From assembly GCA_041497675.1 (NCBI GenBank), contig JBGQGY010000070.1:1-19506 (forward strand): DNA of 19,506 bases. Reading direction: 5' to 3'. The notes beneath the pieces were generated by a model that was given only the letters and a program-made list of their open reading frames with translations, was not told where the DNA came from and did not search any database. Below, piece by piece: positions 16,498 to 19,506 of this stretch. How positions within the stretch are numbered: position 1 is the stretch's first letter; each line of letters opens with the position of its first letter. The translations under genes were made by a program, and so were the position numbers. Source of the DNA: a bacterium (GTDB lineage Bacteria > Sysuimicrobiota > Sysuimicrobiia > Sysuimicrobiales > Humicultoraceae).

Positions 16498-17570
16498 ACG
16501 CCTTCCTCCGGAGGCCGCTTCGCCTCCCACCCAATCGCATCCGGGTGTTTTATCAAGGCGGCGCGCTGATCGACCGCCTGCGCGGCATTCCCAACCCTCA
16601 GGATGACGATCGTCCCGAGGATTGGGTGGGATCAGTCACGGCCTTGGGGTGGCCGGGTCGGGATCCGGCCGAGGGCGTGAGCGTTGTCGAGATCGACGGG
16701 CGTCGCGTCCTGCTCACCGATCTGGTGCGTGCGCATCCTGAAGAGATGCTCGGCGCAGAGCATCTCCGGCGATTCGGCCCGACGCCGTCGCTCCTGGTCA
16801 AGCTCCTCGACACATCGATCCGGTTGCCCGTCCACAGTCATCCCCCACGGGTGTTTGCGCGCCAACACCTTGGATCGCCCTACGGCAAGACCGAGGCGTG
16901 GATCGTGGTCGGCACGCGACAGGTGGGTGGGGAGGCGCCGTCGGTGTACCTGGGCTGCAGCCGGGATGTTTCGAAAGAAGAACTGCTGACGTGGATCCGA
17001 GGGCAGTCCGTCGTGCATCTGCTCGGAGTCCTGCATCGACTGCCGGTCCGGGCCGGGGACGTCATCTATGTCCCGGCCGGTCTACCCCACGCCATCGGTC
17101 CCGGTGTGTTCATCGTCGAACTTCAAGAACCGACGAGCTTCTCCGTGCTGATGGAGTACCAGGGCTTTCCCATCGATCCGGCCGCCGCGCATCTCGGCCT
17201 CGGATGGGATCTTGCCGTCCAGTCTGTCGACCGTACAGCCTATGGGCGCGACGAGTTGATGCGTCGTTTTGTCAGCCGGCTTCCCGAGACCGTGGGGAGT
17301 GTGGATCTCTTCGGTGCCGCCGGCGGCCCGTATTTTGGCGCGTCCCGCATTCGCGTGCATCCCGAGACGGACGTTGCGATTGCCCCCGGATTCGCGATCG
17401 GGATCGTTCTCGACGGAGCCGGCTCGCTCGCCGGTCCGGATGGACCGTTCCCTTTGGGGCGCGGCGATCAGTTTCTGATTCCCTTTGCGATGGGACCCCA
17501 CCGCGTCCATGCGGGGGCCGCTGGGATTGAGCTGATCAGATGCCTGCCTCCCTCGGTTACCATGGTTTGA
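16494..17570 (+). CDS. Type I phosphomannose-isomerase-like cupin (sugar-phosphate isomerase)
   Basis: Motifs PEDW, LLVKLLD, LPVHSHP, GKTEAW, GDVIYVPAG.PHAIG, ELQEPT. GTGA overlap with the aldolase. Confidence 0.85.
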   Translation: MNAFLRRPLRLPPNRIRVFYQGGALIDRLRGIPNPQDDDRPEDWVGSVTALGWPGRDPAEGVSVVEIDGRRVLLTDLVRAHPEEMLGAEHLRRFGPTPSLLVKLLDTSIRLPVHSHPPRVFARQHLGSPYGKTEAWIVVGTRQVGGEAPSVYLGCSRDVSKEELLTWIRGQSVVHLLGVLHRLPVRAGDVIYVPAGLPHAIGPGVFIVELQEPTSFSVLMEYQGFPIDPAAAHLGLGWDLAVQSVDRTAYGRDELMRRFVSRLPETVGSVDLFGAAGGPYFGASRIRVHPETDVAIAPGFAIGIVLDGAGSLAGPDGPFPLGRGDQFLIPFAMGPHRVHAGAAGIELIRCLPPSVTMV

Positions 17571-18336
17571 ACCCGGGAACGTTGTCGAGGTGATGCAGGA
17601 TGAGCGTCCTGAGTGTCTCGGCGTCCCGGCGGCGCAGCGCGCGGACCAGCGCGCGATGCCGTTCCAACTGATCGGCCACGCCGTTGGTTGAATGACCGGC
17701 CAGCGCGACGTCAGGCCTCGCCATCGCCGTCAGCCTGAAGAACTGTCGCAAGAGGCCGTCGCCGATGTGGATCAGGGCGGGATTTCGCGTGATCTGCAGC
17801 AACCGCAGATGGAACTCCAGATCGGTGTGGACGGTGAACGACTCTCCCGTCGTCGCCCGCGCCAGAACGGCATCAAGCGCGTCGCAATCCGCGTCTGTGA
17901 CCCTGGCGCACATGAGATCGACGGTCCCGAGCTCGAACGCGACGCGCGCGGTGGCCAGTTCGGCCGTCGTCGTGTCTGCGAGCAGGCCGCCACGGTCGCT
18001 TCCGCTGCGGGCCTGGGCTGGATCGCGGACGAAGATGCCGCGGCCGTGGTAGGTTCGCAGCATACCCTTCGTTTCGAGTATCCTGAGCGCTTCCCGGACC
18101 ACTGGAATACTGACCTGAAAACTCTGGCTGAGGTTTCGCTCCGAGGGGAGTCGGTCGCCGGCGTGCAACCGTTTTTGCGCCACAAAATTCTCAAGCGCCT
18201 GTGCAACACGTACCGACAACGTCTCTCGCGTGATCGGCCCGATGGGCGCGTCGGACACCCGGTGCCCAGCGCCGGCGCGACCCGCGGGAGCTCGAGGCGG
18301 CCGCCGCGTTGTCCGCTTCTGAAGCCTGTTCGCCAT
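17557..18336 (-). CDS. GntR-family transcriptional regulator, FadR subfamily (wHTH + FCD)
   Basis: wHTH motifs GDRLPSER.L...FQVS..VVREALRIL...G and HGRGIFV; FCD motifs ARVAFE, DLEFH, RNP, ERH, HHL. Alternative start at GTG 18258. Its 3' end overlaps the convergent cupin gene by 14 nt. Confidence 0.93.
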   Translation of the reverse strand: MANRLQKRTTRRPPRAPAGRAGAGHRVSDAPIGPITRETLSVRVAQALENFVAQKRLHAGDRLPSERNLSQSFQVSIPVVREALRILETKGMLRTYHGRGIFVRDPAQARSGSDRGGLLADTTTAELATARVAFELGTVDLMCARVTDADCDALDAVLARATTGESFTVHTDLEFHLRLLQITRNPALIHIGDGLLRQFFRLTAMARPDVALAGHSTNGVADQLERHRALVRALRRRDAETLRTLILHHLDNVPGFKPW

Positions 18337-18374
18337 GTGCGCCGTCCGTCGATCCCGCGGGTGGTGAGTGCTCT

Positions 18375-18397
18375 ACTGAGCAACTCACTTGAACAGT
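18375..18397. promoter_or_regulatory. Putative repressor operator, site 3 (ACTGAGCAA-CTCAC-TTGAACAGT), likely autoregulatory
   Basis: On the minus strand it reads ACTGTTCAA-GTGAG-TTGCTCAGT, aligning with sites 1 and 2, with 7/9 arm symmetry. It lies upstream of the GntR gene. Confidence 0.68.
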
Positions 18398-18404
18398 CTC
18401 GCCA

Positions 18405-18413
18405 AGTTTACCA
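18405..18413 (-). promoter_or_regulatory. Candidate extended -10 promoter (TGgTAAACT) for the GntR gene
   Basis: The minus strand reads TATGGTAAACT, ending 7 nt upstream of operator site 3. No clear -35 element. Confidence 0.45.
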
Positions 18414-18436
18414 TAGATCGCGACGACGGGGGGATT

Positions 18437-19279
18437 TCAGCGGGTCGATTGCAGGAACGAGGTCACGATCTCGGTCCAACGTTCGGGGTGCTCCGTCTGG
18501 ACGTGGTGACGCGCGTTGGCAAGAACGTGCAGCTCAACGTCGGCCAGCCGGCCGGCAAATGCGGCCGCGTCGGCCGGGCTCGCCCCCGTATTCTCGCGGC
18601 TCCAGGTCAGCAGGACGGGCATCGCGAGGCGGCCGGCATGCTCCGAGATATGCCTGCCTTTGTACGATAGATTGCGGTTCCACTCGGCCGGCGTCTGGCC
18701 CAGGACGGCGCGCCGCGCCTTGGCGAACTCAAAATTCGTTGTCGACATCTCGAGTGTACGGTGCAGGCGCGATTCAGTGACGATCTCTTTGTTGAAGTAG
18801 AACTCCCGCAGATACTGCCGTTTGCTCTCAATGGTGGGATACGTATCAGTGTCGCGCGGCAGCGGATAGTCCGCGGGAACCGGCGACGTGCCGTTCAGGC
18901 TGTTGATGATCACGAGCCGCCGCACCAGTTCAGGCGCTTCGTGTGCGATGTACTGGATCAGCCAGCCGCCGTGGGAGTTGCCGGCCAGATGGGCCGGCGT
19001 GCCCAGTGCTCTGAGGAACCGGATGAGAACATCACCCTGGGCGCTCGCGGAGAAGTCCTGTGGCCCGCGGCCCGGCGTGAGCCCGAATCCCACGACGTCG
19101 ACCGCGACCACGCGGAAGCGGCGGGAGAGCGGCTCGATCACCGCACCATAGGTCAGTTCGGCGCAGCACCAGACCAGCCCGCCGTGAATCAGGACGAGCG
19201 TGTCGCCCTTACCGGCTTCCAGATAGTGGGTGCGGATACCGTCGACATCGATGTAGCGATCCTGCCAGGCCGCCGGCAT
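18437..19279 (-). CDS. Alpha/beta-fold hydrolase
   Basis: Motifs THYLEAGKG..LVLIHGG and VAVDVVGFGLT; nucleophile elbow GNSHGG; C-terminal ARHHVQTEHPE. Confidence 0.92.
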   Translation of the reverse strand: MPAAWQDRYIDVDGIRTHYLEAGKGDTLVLIHGGLVWCCAELTYGAVIEPLSRRFRVVAVDVVGFGLTPGRGPQDFSASAQGDVLIRFLRALGTPAHLAGNSHGGWLIQYIAHEAPELVRRLVIINSLNGTSPVPADYPLPRDTDTYPTIESKRQYLREFYFNKEIVTESRLHRTLEMSTTNFEFAKARRAVLGQTPAEWNRNLSYKGRHISEHAGRLAMPVLLTWSRENTGASPADAAAFAGRLADVELHVLANARHHVQTEHPERWTEIVTSFLQSTR

Positions 19280-19281
19280 CG

Positions 19282-19506
19282 TTACCCGCGCCCCGGGCGC
19301 GCGTAGAATTCGGCCATTTGATCCAAGACGACCTCGATGCCATCGCCCATCTCGGGGTGCGATGGGAGGGTGACGATCTCTTCCACCAGCCGGTCGGTCA
19401 CCGGTCGCGGCCCGGGGTCCTCACCGGCACGCGCGACGTAGGCCGGCGCCCGGTAGACGGGCTGCCGGTAGTGGATCGCGCACTCCGTGCCCTTCGCCGC
19501 CAGGAA
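19282..19506 (-). CDS. DegT/DnrJ/EryC1/StrS-family PLP aminotransferase, C-terminal 74 aa (truncated by window edge)
   Basis: Manual translation: FLAAKGTECAIHYRQPVYRAPAYVARAGEDPGPRPVTDRLVEEIVTLPSHPEMGDGIEVVLDQMAEFYARPGRG*. The G....IHY..P and LP..P pattern is typical of the DegT C-terminus. The stop lies 2 nt before the hydrolase ATG. Confidence 0.8.
   Translation of the reverse strand, partial: FLAAKGTECAIHYRQPVYRAPAYVARAGEDPGPRPVTDRLVEEIVTLPSHPEMGDGIEVVLDQMAEFYARPGRG

Noticed and set aside
12439..17570. Gene symbols dgoD, panE, dapA, lsrF and manA
   Set aside because: The resemblance is at family level only. Motif deviations and context argue against assuming orthology, so symbols are left blank.
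1..19506. Mobile elements, CRISPR arrays, tRNA/rRNA, defence systems, or horizontal transfer inferred from composition
   Set aside because: No transposase or integrase motifs, spaced direct repeats or RNA-gene signatures were seen. A slightly less GC-rich look around 4800-8600 cannot be quantified by eye.

Overview
GC-rich bacterial DNA, almost fully coding, with 20 genes (two truncated at the window edges) that look like one uncharacterised carbohydrate, sugar-acid or amino-sugar catabolic island. The units are: (+) class-III aminotransferase, ceramidase-like amidohydrolase, FGGY kinase; (-) D-2-hydroxyacid dehydrogenase, enolase-superfamily dehydratase, SDR; (+) family-5 (Opp/Dpp-type) ABC importer of five genes, DgoD-like dehydratase, ketopantoate-reductase-like protein; (+) DHDPS/NAL-family lyase, class I aldolase, PMI-like cupin; (-) DegT-family aminotransferase (3' end only), alpha/beta hydrolase, FadR/GntR regulator. 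The best non-coding signal is a 23-bp imperfect palindrome (consensus ACTGTGCAA-N5-TTGCACAGT). It occurs three times, each just downstream of a sigma70-like -10 element: before the ABC operon, before the lyase/aldolase operon and before the regulator gene, which suggests one regulon. No RNA genes, mobile elements or CRISPR arrays were seen. All protein calls come from motif recognition by eye; the substrate cannot be determined from sequence alone.
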